The notes below the pieces were generated by a model that was given only the letters and a program-made list of their open reading frames with translations, searched no databases and was not told where the DNA came from. The translations under genes were made by a program, and so were the position numbers. This document shows positions 13,891 to 26,258 of a DNA stretch of 64,000 bases, one piece after another. The DNA comes from Octopus vulgaris (taxonomy: Eukaryota). The stretch is from contig OX597816.1 in assembly GCA_951406725.2 (NCBI GenBank), forward strand, positions 136,648,001 to 136,712,000, in the 5' to 3' direction. Numbering within the stretch: position 1 is the stretch's first letter; each line of letters opens with the position of its first letter.

Positions 13891-14962
13891 AATACCATCA
13901 AAATTTCAAAATTATGAGATAATACATGATTAATTCAAAACATTGTGAATAAATATGCATTACATTTGACAAGTCATCTGATTAATTATTTGTAAGGACA
14001 CTGTATTTCGTTATGCAACCATAATACACTACAAAGTATATTAAACACTTTATAAGTCAATACTGTGTCTTACTGTGTTAGCAGTGCTATTAAGTCACTT
14101 TTTAAGGTTATCTCTAACTTCTATAGAAAATCTGTAGAGACATCCTTAAAAAGTAATCTGAAAGCTGAAGGTTTAACTCTTTCACTACCATATTTCTTTC
14201 GAAATACACTGCTTTTGTCCTCATCTTGTTTGTTGTTAACACAATGTTTTGGCTGATATACCCTCTAGCCTGCTTTTGTTTCACTTAATTTTGAAAATAT
14301 TGAAAGACTTAGTAAACCATTTTCGACATTATTAAGCTGGTGTTTGAAACATAAATTAACGTGAAATTTTGATGAAAGGTTTTAATTTAGATCACTTTAA
14401 CCCTTTCGTTACCAACCCGGCTGAAACCGGCTCTAGCTCTGAGTACAAATGTCTTGTTTTCCTAAGTTTTGAATTAAAATCTTCCACCAAATCTTAGTCA
14501 CAATTTATGTTCATAACAGTGGCTAAGAGACTGATAGAATAAGTACTAGGCTTACAAAGTATAAGTCCTGGGGTCGATTTGCTCGACTAAAGGCAGTGCT
14601 CCAGCATGGCCACAGTCAAATAACTGAAACAAGTAAGAGTAACTTTCTATCAAGCAGTGCTGTGCTTTAAGTGTTAGTATGTAGGTTCTTTTTGTTACAT
14701 TATTTCTGTTGAAATACATTGCCTTTGTTTCAATTAATTTTGAAACTGATGAAGAATTTAGTAAAAAAAATCTTTGTTATATTTTGGGACGGTGTTTTTT
14801 TTTTCTTGCCAAATAAACACAATATATTCATTCTTCACTCATTTATTCTTGTTCTTATTTTATCTTATGTCCATTGTCTGGAAAGCTTTCATCATACACC
14901 TGTGACCTCTTCATCGACAAAAGATTTCCAGACAATGAACATAGATAAAATAAGAATAATAA

Positions 14963-15505
14963 ATTCAAAGAAGCTACACAAAGAAGATCGTCTCAATGCA
15001 AAATATCAGCTACTGGGAAAGACTGAAAGTATTAAACCTCTTCTCCCTAGAGCAGAGGTGGGAGAGATATGCGGTGATATACATCTGGAAAATCCTGGAG
15101 GGTCTTGTCCCAAACTTTGGCATTCAAAGTTACCCCAACTGCAGAACAGGGCGCCACTGCATGGTGCCAAAGATTCCAACATCACCATCAAAATACAGGT
15201 CCAGATACTGCAACAGCTTGGGTTTCAGAGGACCACAACTATTTAACATCCTCCCTAAATGCCTGAGAGACTTACATGGTGTGGATGTGGGTTTCTTTAA
15301 AACTAAACTGGATCTCTTCTTGTCGGGGGTCCCAGATGAACCTACTTCACGACAGGAGACACAGATGCGGGCAGCAGCATCGAACTCCCTTGTTGATCAA
15401 GTGCCACGTATCAGAGGTGGATTCACATATTAGTGTAGCTCATTCAGCGGTGGTGCCCCAGCATGGCCGCAGCCTTCGGGCTAGAACATTTTTAAAGATT
15501 TAAGG
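14963..15505 (+). mobile_element. 5'-truncated CR1/L2-group LINE 3' end
   Basis: Open frame IQRSYTKKI..SYWERLKVLNLFSLEQRWERYAVIYIWKILEGLVPN...FKTKLDLFLSGVPDEP is a typical post-RT C-terminus; short 3' UTR with a stem-loop. Confidence 0.8.
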
Positions 15506-16732
15506 AGTAAAGAATGAATATATAGTGCGTGTGTCTAATTGGCAAGAAAAAAAAAATGACCATCCCGAAATATATCTGTTTCAAGTCATGATTTCACATC
15601 AAGAATCTTGCAAAACAAATTCATAAACGTTTGTCATTATTAATCTGTTGTTTGGAACATAAATTCACATGAAATTTGATGAAAGTTTTAATTTGAATCA
15701 CTTTAGGAAGCTTGTATCATAGAACCAGGGTCAGGTTTCAGGCAACACGCATACACACATACAATGAACTTCTTTCAGTTTCCATCTACCAAATTCACTT
15801 CAAGACTTTGGTCGGAACAGGGCTTTAGAAGACTATTCAGTTCTTTCCCACTATAAAGTCCACGGTGCTGTACAGTGAGACTGAACCTGAAAACACATGC
15901 ATACAAAATTAACTTCTCAACCATGCAGCCATGCTTGCATCTGTGTGTTTTGAGTAAGATGTGCTTCTTCAGCTAAGAACAAACCCTGATTGTGATGATG
16001 TGTTGTATGAATCCATATAAACGAACATAAAGAAATGGTACTCTATGCATAAAATAGGCTTGCAATAATTATAACACCAGATAAAACTGTAATTGTCACC
16101 ATTGTTTATTCGGTTTCATTGTATTTTGGGGGAAAATAACTGAGGTCTTTATTTAGAATTATTAATATAAGTATAAATATTTGGTGAAAATATGGTTTTA
16201 TGAATTCTATAATTTCAAATGTAAATTTGGCAATTGACAAAGTTTTTGTAAGTAAAAGGACATTAACAAAAAAAAAAAGGGGGCACAGTGTGGTTGTGTG
16301 GATAAGAAGCTTTTTTCCCAACCATATGGTCTTGAGTTCAGTCCCACTGTGTAGCACCTTGGACAAGTGTCTTTAACTATATCCCTGGACCAACCTGAGC
16401 ATTGTGAGTGGATTTGGTAGATAAAAACTGTCTGGTGTGTATGTCTTTGTATTTGTGTGGTTGCCCTGCTCCACTGTTTGTCAACCTGTGTTGGTTTGTT
16501 TACATCCTCTTAGCAATTTGGTAAAAGGAGGCTGAGAGATCGAGTGCCAGACTTTATAATGTAAGTACTGGGGTCAATCTGTTCAGCTATAGCATTCAAA
16601 GTGGTGCCCCAGAATGGTCGCAGTCCAATGACTGAAATAGGACAAAAGATACATTAGAGAAATGAAAGAGAGTAAAAAACAAAAAAAAGGGAAGTGGACA
16701 CAAAAGCATATAAAGAAAAAATAACAAATATA

Positions 16733-16781
<49 letters not shown>

Positions 16782-17108
16782 ATGGTGAACGAAAGAGAAC
16801 AAGAAAGACAAAAAGTTACTAAGAAGTGTATCTTTCACTGTATGATTTATTGTAATTGATACAATAAGTTTTATGTTGGCAGGCTTTATATATTATTAGA
16901 AAGCAGTGTGAAAGAATATAAAGAAAAAAAATGCTCAAAGCTTTGTTGAGAAAGAAGCAGAAAGAAAAGAAAAAGTAGGAGCAAAAAGATATATTGTTGA
17001 AGAAAAGTTTGTGGTACTAGAAAGATATTAAAGAAATATGTGTGGGGAGAGAGAGGGAGAGAGAAAGAGACGTATGTATATATTTACATGTGTATATTAA
17101 TGTGTGTT

Positions 17109-17156
<48 letters not shown>

Positions 17157-18296
17157 TATGTAGATATATAATTAAATGTGTATGTGTATATATATGCGTG
17201 TGTGTGTGTATGTATACACACACATACATATATAGGCACAGGCATGGCTGTGTAGTAAGAAGCTTGCTTTTGTGTGTGTGTGTGTATGCTTGACAACCGA
17301 TCCTGGTGTTTACTTCCTGTAACTTAGAGGTTCAGCAAAAGAGACCAACAGAAGTACTAGTCTTAGAAAGAATAAGTCCTGGGGTCGATTTCTTCAGTTA
17401 AAACCCTTTAAGGTGGTGCTCCAGCATGGCCACAGTCAATTGATTGAAACAAGTAAAAGAATAGAATATTTGTGTGTGTGTGCATATATAGATAGATAGA
17501 TAGATGGATATATCTATGATGTGTCAGGTGATATAATATGCTTGAGAAGACCTGTTGAGTCAAGTAAAACCAAAATCATAGCTGTGGCCAGTGCCCCTTG
17601 ACTGGCTCCTGTTCTGGTGGCACGTAAAATGCATCATCTGAACATGGTCACTGCCAGTGTTCCCTGACTGGCTCCCGTGCTGGTGGCACATAAAAAGCAC
17701 TATTTGAACGTGATCGATACCAGGCCCTCCTGACTGGTTCCTGTACCAGTGGCACGTAAAAAGTACCCACTACACTCTCGGAGTGGTTGGCGTTAGTTAG
17801 GGCATTGCCAGATCAGATTGGAGCCTGGTGCAGCTGCTGGCTTTCCAGACCTCAGTCAAACCGTCCAACCCATGCCACATGGAAAATGGACATTAAACAA
17901 TGATGATGATGTAAAGATGTTTGTCACAAGATTCTGTACAGAAATTCGAGTCCCCTTGCAAAAATTGAGAAAAACACATAGGAAACTTGGCAGATTATTA
18001 TCTTTCTCTGTTAAATATCTCTGAATAACATTTATCAACAAGAGAGCTTTTGACATCAAGTTTGAGTTAGGAATGAAGATGCTTTGTATATGTAAAATAC
18101 TTACAGAACTTGAAAGAACTTTGAAAAAGATCAAGGAATTTCATTGAAATTCCACCAATAAAGTTACAGTGTATTGCATTTGTAGGGAAAATAGTGTTTT
18201 TGAATACACTAAGAAAATATTTCTGCCTATATTTGCTTGTTATTTAAAATGAAGATCTCTGTTGTTTTGGAAAGGAATGACACAAAACTCTGGATA

Positions 18297-18332
<36 letters not shown>

Positions 18333-18606
18333 TGTGTGTGTGTGTGTACATTAGGCCAAGGCAGAGAGCTGGCAGAATCATTACTACACTAGCAGCATTT
18401 CTTATGACTTTTTACATTCCGAGTTCTAATGAGTTCTGAGGTCGACTTTGTCTATCAGCCTTTTGGGGTCAATGAAATAATTCCCTTTTGAGCACTGAGG
18501 TGATGTAATCAATATCTTTTTGCACCTCAAAATTACACCAAAATTTGACAGAATTATTTTCAGTCAGGCCTGCTGTCTGTCAGTCACATCATGTAAAATT
18601 ATTTAG

Positions 18607-18660
<54 letters not shown>

Positions 18661-19112
18661 CCTTTCTACTAAAGGCACAGGGCCTGAAATTTGGGGAGAG
18701 AGGACTAGTTGAATATATTGACCAAAGTGTTTCACTGGTTCTTAATATATTGACCCTGAAAGGACGAAAAGCAAAGTCGACATACTGGCAGAATTTGAAC
18801 TCAGAGTGTAGAGGGATGAAATGCCATTAAGCATTTTGCCTGGCATGTTAACAATTCTAACAGCTCAACACCTTAACAAAAACCATAATAACAATAATGA
18901 TTTCAAATTTTGGCACAAGGCCAGCAGTTTTGAGAGAAGGGATGAGTCGAATACATCAACCCCACTACTCAACTGGTACTTATTTCATCGACCCAGAAAG
19001 GATGAAAGGCAAAGTCAACCTTGGCAGAATTTGAACTCAGAACATAAAGACGAACTAAATGCCACTAAGCATTTTTGCCCAGCATGTTAACGGTTCTGCC
19101 AGCTCGCCACCT
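18661..19112 (-). mobile_element. Tandem pair of tRNA-derived Meta-like SINEs (also 1780-2205, 5315-5815, 9970-10190, 49070-49465, 61890-62310)
   Basis: Head ggcgagctggcagaa, B-box gagttcaaattc, central gcctttcatcctttcggggtcgat...aagtaccag and an (ATT)n tail. Confidence 0.8.
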
Positions 19113-19176
19113 TAATAAAAATGATAATGATGATAATAATAGTAATAATAATAATAATAATAATTTGTTTTTCCAG

Positions 19177-19414
19177 TTATTTTGTCGAAAAGAACTTGCT
19201 GCTCGTGAAATGGAAGCACAAGAAGAAGAAGAAGGCTCCAATACTGAGGGCTCTTCTCCCAACAAGAGTGGCAACTGGCATGAGTCAGACTCATGTTTGC
19301 AATGGATTGTGGGTACGAAACGAAAGGAAGCTGAGAAGCAAAATGAGCAGAAACATAATGGAGAAGATGAATCACATATTGATGCTACAGATGCTGAAGA
19401 GAAATTCACAAAAG
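19177..19414 (+). CDS. WAPL: WAPL coding exon (acidic loop)
   Basis: ttccAG / G|gtaact. Encodes LFCRKELAAREMEAQEEEEG...KSGNWHESDSCLQW...EEKFTK, continuing AVEALVD in phase 0 across a 13-kb intron. Confidence 0.9.
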
Positions 19415-19979
19415 GTAACTCTATATTTTTATATTGACAGTGTGCTTTAGCTGTTCAGTAAAGCTAGTTGTGTGGATCAGCAATTCATTCAATGAAACTG
19501 TTGAATGCTTTAGCTGTTCAGTAAAACTGATGTGTGGTTTGGTTGTTCATTTAAAACTACTGTATGTTTTAAAAAGTGGTGTTGAGGGGAGAGGTGGGAA
19601 TCAAAGCAAAATATGAGGGTTTTTTTTTTAATTGAAATGTCAGCTTTATGTTTATTATCAGCCATATCTGTCTGTCACTTGCCCTCCCCTCTCTCTAATT
19701 GTTACTCTCTTCTCTTCTTTACCCCTCTTTCTCCATGCTTTTGTTTACTACTCTAGTTAGCTCAAGGAAGAGGGGAAGATAAAGATCAAAATATTTGGGC
19801 AGGTTTTGTTGGGGTGTTGGTTATAGACAAGTTTGAAAGGTAGAGTTGAGATGATGTGAGGCAGGGGCAGATGGGGGAATGTATTTTGTATAATGTCTTT
19901 GGGGGAGAGGTCCTGGTAGCAGTGGGTGTGATACAAGAAGGAGAAGCATGTGTAATAGTTATAGATAGAAAATGCTAGA

Positions 19980-20477
19980 TCTGATGTAATGATTTTCTTT
20001 TGCTTTTTCTGACAAACTGACCTTTCCTCATCATATAAGACTTATATCTGTTGTCTTCATGGACAACATTTCTGACTGTTCCTTCTGACACATAGAGACC
20101 TTTTGTAATTGACCTCATGGACTTTCTGGGGTTGTAATCAATGGTCTGTTGAACTTGCTGGATAAATTCAAGTGTTGTGATGATTTCACAGTGTTTAGAA
20201 TGCTTTTTATGCTTTGATACTGGTGATATGTTTCCATCTTCAGTCTCTAGCTCCTTACAAACTTTGTTGACGAAAGATCTGGCAACTTTTAAAAATCAAG
20301 ATATTTCTAAACTGCTATGCTCAGCCTTTATAACCACAATAACAGCATGCCTTTTCATTTCTTGAGTAAGCCAAGGGTCTGCCATTATTATTTTCTGAAA
20401 CAATGATTATACAAAATTAGCAAAATATGCAGCAATGACCCAAAAAATGTATGTCCTCAAATACCTTACGCACCCTG
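19980..20477 (-). mobile_element. Tc1/mariner (maT/rosa-like) 5' TIR and transposase N-terminus, pseudogenised
   Basis: TA|CAGGGTG terminus at 20477. ATG at 20385 gives MADPWLTQEMKRHAVIV...EIS*FLKVARSFVNKVCKEL...NPRKSMRSITKGLYVSEGTVRNVVHEDNRYKSY. Confidence 0.8.
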
Positions 20478-20483
20478 TATATA

Positions 20484-20569
<86 letters not shown>

Positions 20570-20643
20570 CAGAATTAGCAAAATATGCAGCAATGACCCA
20601 AAAAATGTATGTCCTCAAATACCTTATGTACCCTGTATATATC

Positions 20644-20689
<46 letters not shown>

Positions 20690-20765
20690 TACAGAATTAG
20701 CAAAATATGCAGCAATGACCCAAAAAATGTATGTCCTCAAATACCTTATGTACCCTGTATATATC

Positions 20766-20817
<52 letters not shown>

Positions 20818-20891
20818 CAAAATTAGCAAAATATGCAGCAATGACCCAAAAAATGTATGTCCTCAAATACCTTACGCACCCTGTATATATC

Positions 20892-20939
<48 letters not shown>

Positions 20940-21017
20940 CAGAATTAGCAAAATATGCAGCAATGACCCAAAAAATGTATGTCCTCAAATACCTTACGCA
21001 CCCTGTATATATCTATC

Positions 21018-21062
<45 letters not shown>

Positions 21063-21142
21063 ACAGAATTAGCAAAATATGCAGCAATGACCCAAAAAAT
21101 GTATGTCCTCAAATACCTTATGTACCCTGTATATATCTATAT
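20409..21142. repeat. Six-copy tandem array: ~70-bp transposon end + (TA)n(GA)n
   Basis: Unit atacaRaattagcaaaatatgcagcaatgacccaaaaaatgtatgtcctcaaataccttaYgYaccctgta starts at about 20409, 20567, 20689, 20815, 20937 and 21061. Confidence 0.95.
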
Positions 21143-21669
21143 CCACCACCAATACCACCAATACCACCCCCAATACCACCAATACCACCCCCAATACCAC
21201 CAATACCACCAATACCACCCCCACCACCAATACCACCAATACCACCCCCACCACCAATACCACCACCAATACCACCACCAATACCACCAATACCACCACC
21301 AATACCACCAATACCACCAATACCACCACCACCAATACCACCAATACCACCAATACCACCACCAATACCACCACCAATACCACCAATACCACCACCAATA
21401 CCACCAATACCACCAATACCACCAATACCACCACCAATACCACCAATACCACCACCAATACCACCAATACCACCACCAATACCACCAATACCACCAATAC
21501 CACCACCACCAATACCACCAATACCACCAATACCACCACCAATACCACCAATACCACCACCAATACCACCAATACCACCAATACCACCACCACCACCAAT
21601 ACCACCCCCACCACCAATACCACCCCCACCACCAATACCACCCCCACCACCGCCAATACCACCAATACC
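21143..21669. repeat. (CCA)2-4ATA triplet-phased minisatellite
   Basis: About 525 bp of ccaccaata / ccaccaccaata units. Confidence 0.95.
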
Positions 21670-22169
21670 GGTGAACACTGTTCTCACCATCTACACCGGA
21701 TACTCCCTCCTCCTCCCCCACCACCCCTTCCTACCCCTTCTCCTCATATGCTTTCACTGAGAAAAGACAAGCTGCTAGCGTCTCAGCTCATCAACCGCCC
21801 TCTGATCTTACGCTTCCTCCTGTTTTGAATCTGACACTGCCTCAATCCTACTATCCCCTTCCAGTCCCCTCCATGCCTCGTAATATCCTACGTTTTTATT
21901 TCTTACGAACCTGCACCAACCCTTCCTGCCATCGTTCCTCCTTACCCACCCAACCTTCCCCACACCTACCCATATATATACACATCCTACGTTTATATTT
22001 CTTACGAACCTTCACCAACCCTTCCTGCCATCGTTCCTCCTCCCCCAACCTTCCCCACTGGTGCTCCCCTATATTACCTGCACCCCTTTACTATCTCTCC
22101 CTCTCTTTTCACTGGTGAAACCTTTCTCAGCTGGACCCCCCAACTCAACTCTACCCCGCATCCCGTTGC

Positions 22170-22432
22170 CCCCGTGTCCCTGGCACGTTAAAAGCTCGAA
22201 CCGATCGTGACCGATGCCGGACCCCCGGCCCCTGTGCAGGTGGCACGTAAAGCACCCAATCCACTCACGGAGTGGTTGGCGTTAGGAAGGGCATCCAGCC
22301 GTAGAAACTCTGCCAGAATCAGACTGGAGCCTGGAGCGGCCCCTGGCTTCCCAGACCCCGGTCGAACCGTCCAACCCGTGCTAGCGCGGAAAACGGACGT
22401 TAAACGATGATGATGATGATGATGATGATGAT
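22170..22432 (+). mobile_element. RTE-derived 3' UTR repeat with (GAT)n tail (many copies)
   Basis: gagtggttggcgttaggaagggcatccagc...ccgtccaaccc..ggacgttaaacgatgatg. The same sequence follows RTE coding sequence at 33300-33660. Confidence 0.75.
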
Positions 22433-22639
22433 ATATATATATATTTGTATATATACATACATACACACACACACACACATTCATAGATAAATGCACCCAT
22501 ACACATGTAAGTGTGTGTCCTGCTTAGCTTGACAACTAGTAATGATTTGTTTTCATTTTTGTAACTTAGCAGTTTGACAAAAGACCAAGAGAATCAGTAC
22601 CAGACTTTAATCTGGCCCTGGGGAACAAATTCTTGATGT

Positions 22640-23060
22640 ACAATACCACATTTCCAGGTGTGATGATCATGGCAGATCTTCCAGATCGCTCATTATCTTT
22701 CAGAGATGTTTTTTCCACTTTTGAAGCACTCCCACGCCATTCAAAGCATTGCATACAACCCATTGCCTCATCACTGTAAGCTTGCAAAAGCATGCTCAAT
22801 GTCTCTATAGCAGACTTCCCAAGTTTGACACAAAATTTCACATTGGCTCTTTGTTCCAACTTCCTATTTATGCAAAATCACAGACTACAGCACACACATG
22901 ATTACAAAAACACAAATTTTCCAACTTGCAAAGGAAACACAGCAATGTTACCACACTGCGTCATGAGGGCCATTGCTAGCTCTTACTGTGCACACAATTG
23001 TGTGCTGCCATCTGTTGGCGTGCTACGAAACTACTCTGTGAACTTTTGGATACCACCTCA
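22640..23060 (-). mobile_element. mariner element 5' end with HTH transposase fragment
   Basis: TIR-like TA|TGAGGTGGTATCCAAAAGTTC; MEQRANVKFCVKLGKSAIETLSMLLQAYSDEAMG...FEW...SLKDNERSGRS is a classic mariner N-terminal HTH. Confidence 0.85.
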
Positions 23061-23134
23061 TAATTGTGTGTGAAGAAAATGTTTTGTATTTAATGTTCAA
23101 TTGTGATTTTCTTTTCTTTTTTTTAATTTTGCAG

Positions 23135-23223
23135 CCTTACACGAAGCCGGAAAACATATGGAAAACAGCTTTGTTGCAGCCTATGTTGCCTTGTTAATTG
23201 GTTGCCTTATCCAAGACAACCGG
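23135..23223 (+). CDS. WAPL: WAPL coding exon
   Basis: Long T tract + gcAG / gtaagt. Encodes ALHEAGKHMENSFVAAYVALLIGCLIQDNR (cf. [25 protein letters not shown]). Confidence 0.95.
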
Positions 23224-25109
23224 GTAAGTTCCTTACTAGTCTATTTCTTTAATAATAAGCATTTTAATTGCAAACATTGCATGGTTAAGAAGTTCATTTT
23301 GAAAGCATGTGGTCTCAGTTTCAGTCCCACTCACTGAGTAATCTTGTGTAATTGTCCCCCGCTGTTGCCCTGGGCTGATAAATGCCCTGTGATAAAATTT
23401 AGTAGATGGAGATTGCAGACGTAACTGTGTGGGTTACGAAACTTGTTTCCCAACCATGTGGTCTCAAGTTCAATCCCACTGCAAGTGTCTTCTAATATAG
23501 CCCCAGGCTGACCCGGATTTGATGGACAGAAGCAGAAAGAAGCTTGTCACACACACACACACAATAATCATTTATTCCTTTGTCATCTCTTTTCTTATTA
23601 CTACTCCGTACCTGACTAAGACTCCATTCAGAAGCACTCCTATATTGAGTTCTACACCAGGTTATTATCACACTGCATGCTTGTGTGTGTCTTTGTTTCT
23701 AATCTTCTGTGCAAAACATGTATGGCCATGGGGAAATATTACTTAATTTGGAAACAGATGAGGAACGGCAACAGGAACGACACATCCAGCCACAGAAAAT
23801 TTGCCTCAACAGATTTTGGCTGACCTATATAAGCATGCACAAGTGATTGTCAAATGATGATGATGAGTAGGGGAGGCAGAGGATTGTGATGTTTAGGAAG
23901 AAAATGTGTTTAGTCAGGTTTATTATAAAACATATTAAAAATGTTCACGTGTCCTCTAAACAATAAGCAAAATTGGAAGTGTGATTTGAGCATTACCAGT
24001 TTAGGCTGTAAAAAGTATATCTCATATAAAGTCAACTTGCAAAAAGCAAAGAGTCAGAAGAATATAAGAGACAATACCTGCAGAATATTAGATATTTTCG
24101 TTATGCTTCTGTTAAAATATTTTTATTATTTCAATAGAAATCTTAATAGTGATGGTTTATTTTAGAAACTATTGCAGGAGCACGAGTATTTATTTTCCTT
24201 TTGTTCAGTTAATATTTACATTCTGCTACTGACAGTATCTATGTATTATCCTTATTCACTATTCATTAATTTAAATAATTCACATTAAATGCTTCAAATA
24301 GCGTTTTTGATAATGGAAGTATTATATTCTGGCTTTCTTTATTGAAGAAGGTTGATAGCAATAATTCTATGAGACATGTGCCTGTCAGTTTTGCTGAATA
24401 GTTTATATATCACAATCATGGAAAAATGCAGCATTAACTACTATAATGATATTAACTCTTTATTACACATCAGTTTGCTTGGACAGTAGTTATTTATTAA
24501 CTGATTTCTAAACATGCCAACCCAAATATGACAATGTGCTTGACTGGGTGGAAAAATGAGTAACATTTTGTTCCCATGTGTAATGTGCACTCTTTATATT
24601 TGGATTTGAAAATCTGGGTAAAACATGTGTAAATGAATAAATATAATAAGCAGATCTTAATCATACAAAAGAACAACATATCCAAGTACACCAGAGTTGA
24701 TTGGTGCAGGCAAGGTTGTGTAGTAAGAAGCGTGCTTTCCAACCGCATGGTTCTGGGTTCACTCCCACTACATGGCACCTTGGGCGAGTGTCTTCTGCTA
24801 TAGCCCCCAGGTCGACCAAAGCCTTGTCAGTGGATTTGATAGACAGAAGCTAAAGGAAGCCTGTTGTTTATATGTGTGTGTACATAGATGTGCATGTGTG
24901 TTACTGTTTCCTTGGCTTGACATCACATGATAGTTGTAAATGCGTGTCACCATCATGCAAGCAGTGTCCTTTGTTTCCAGTACTCTGAAAACATGTCTGG
25001 TCATGGGGTATAGTAGATCACATTTGTTTCTGCACTGCACACCAGCTTTAAGTTGCTGAGTTTATATTCATAAACCATTATAAAATATTATTCTTCATAA
25101 TTACGATCT

Positions 25110-26258
25110 GAAGGCACATGACTCAGTGCTTAGAGCTTTGGGCTCACAATCATCAGGTAATGAGTTTGATTCCCGGATTGGGCTGTGTGTTGTGTTCTTG
25201 AGCAAGACACTTTATTTCACATTGCTCTAGTTCATTCAGCTGTAGAAATGAGTTGCAACTCACTGATGCATAGCTGTACCAGCCTTTGCTATTCCCTTAG
25301 ATAATATCAGTGGCATGAAGAGGCTGGTATGCATGGCCAACTGCTGGTCTTATGTCTCAGAGGGGAACTTTCTATGTATGTCCCATGGTCATTCATGACC
25401 GAAGGTGGTCTTTACCCTTACCCTTTATAATTACTATATAGTTGAATATTTTTCAGCAACAGGCATGGGTAGTGTCTTCCATCCTCATGTTATATTATTT
25501 GTGTGTGTGTGTTGTCTTCTTCTTGCCCTGTCATGCAAACAGATCCTTCATTTTCAGTCTTCTATGAAAAATATGTCTAGGTCATGGGGAAATATTATCT
25601 TACTTGGAAACAGGTGAAGGTTGACAACAGGAAGGGCATTAGGCCTTAGAATATCTGCCTCAACAAATTCTATCCAATCCATGCAAGATAGCAAAATTGG
25701 ACATTAAAACAATTATAACTTTATCAGTGCTGGCTGTAATGGGGTGGTATAACAGGAAGCTTATAAGTCAGAGATTAATGGAGTCAGTAAAAGATAAATG
25801 AAGTTCCCATGCCAGACATGGTTGAAGGCTTCACTCATTGACGAAGAAGCCCATTTGTGTGTGTTTGGTGTTTGTGTGTATATATATATGCACACACACA
25901 CACATGCATATGTATATAGGGTAAAGACACCCTTCGGTCATGAATGATCATGAGATTGCACCTAGAAAGTTCCCCTCTGAGGCACAAGTCCAGGCAAGGT
26001 TGTTTATGGAAGATCAGCAGTCACTCATGCATAACAGTCTCCCCTCTCCATGCCACCGATGTTATCCAAAGGGAAAGGCAAAGGCTGATACAGCTTGGTA
26101 TCAGTGACGTTGCAGTTCATTTCTACAGCTGAGTGAACTGGAGCAACGTGAAATAAAGTGTCTTACTCAAGAACACAACACAGCCCAGTCTGGGAAATTG
26201 AACTCACTAACTCATGATTGTGAGCCTGAAGCTCTACCCACTGTGCCATGCACCTTCA
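25110..26258. mobile_element. Two oppositely oriented copies of a third tRNA-derived SINE family (25110-25420 +, 25920-26258 -)
   Basis: Shared tgtgttcttgagcaagacactttatttcac..gctccagttcactcagctgtagaaatga body and ggtcattcatgaccgaagg tail. Confidence 0.75.

Noticed and set aside
14996-15433. 145-aa ORF as a host gene
   Set aside because: It is the C-terminus of a LINE ORF2, 5'-truncated.
6145-19176. Possible hidden WAPL exon or nested gene in the 13-kb intron
   Set aside because: The flanking exons join in frame with continuous homology (AVEALVD|LFCRKE), and the only coding-like sequences found are transposon remnants.
20409-21142. CRISPR-like repeat-spacer appearance
   Set aside because: The repeats are ~70 bp, the spacers are pure (TA)n(GA)n, no cas genes are present and the context is eukaryotic; the unit is a mariner terminus.
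20979-21828. Long ORFs (190-241 aa) rich in His/Gln/Tyr, Thr/Asn, Gly/Ile or Trp/Tyr
   Set aside because: They are by-products of a triplet-phased minisatellite inside an intron, open on both strands, with no splice or signal-peptide support.
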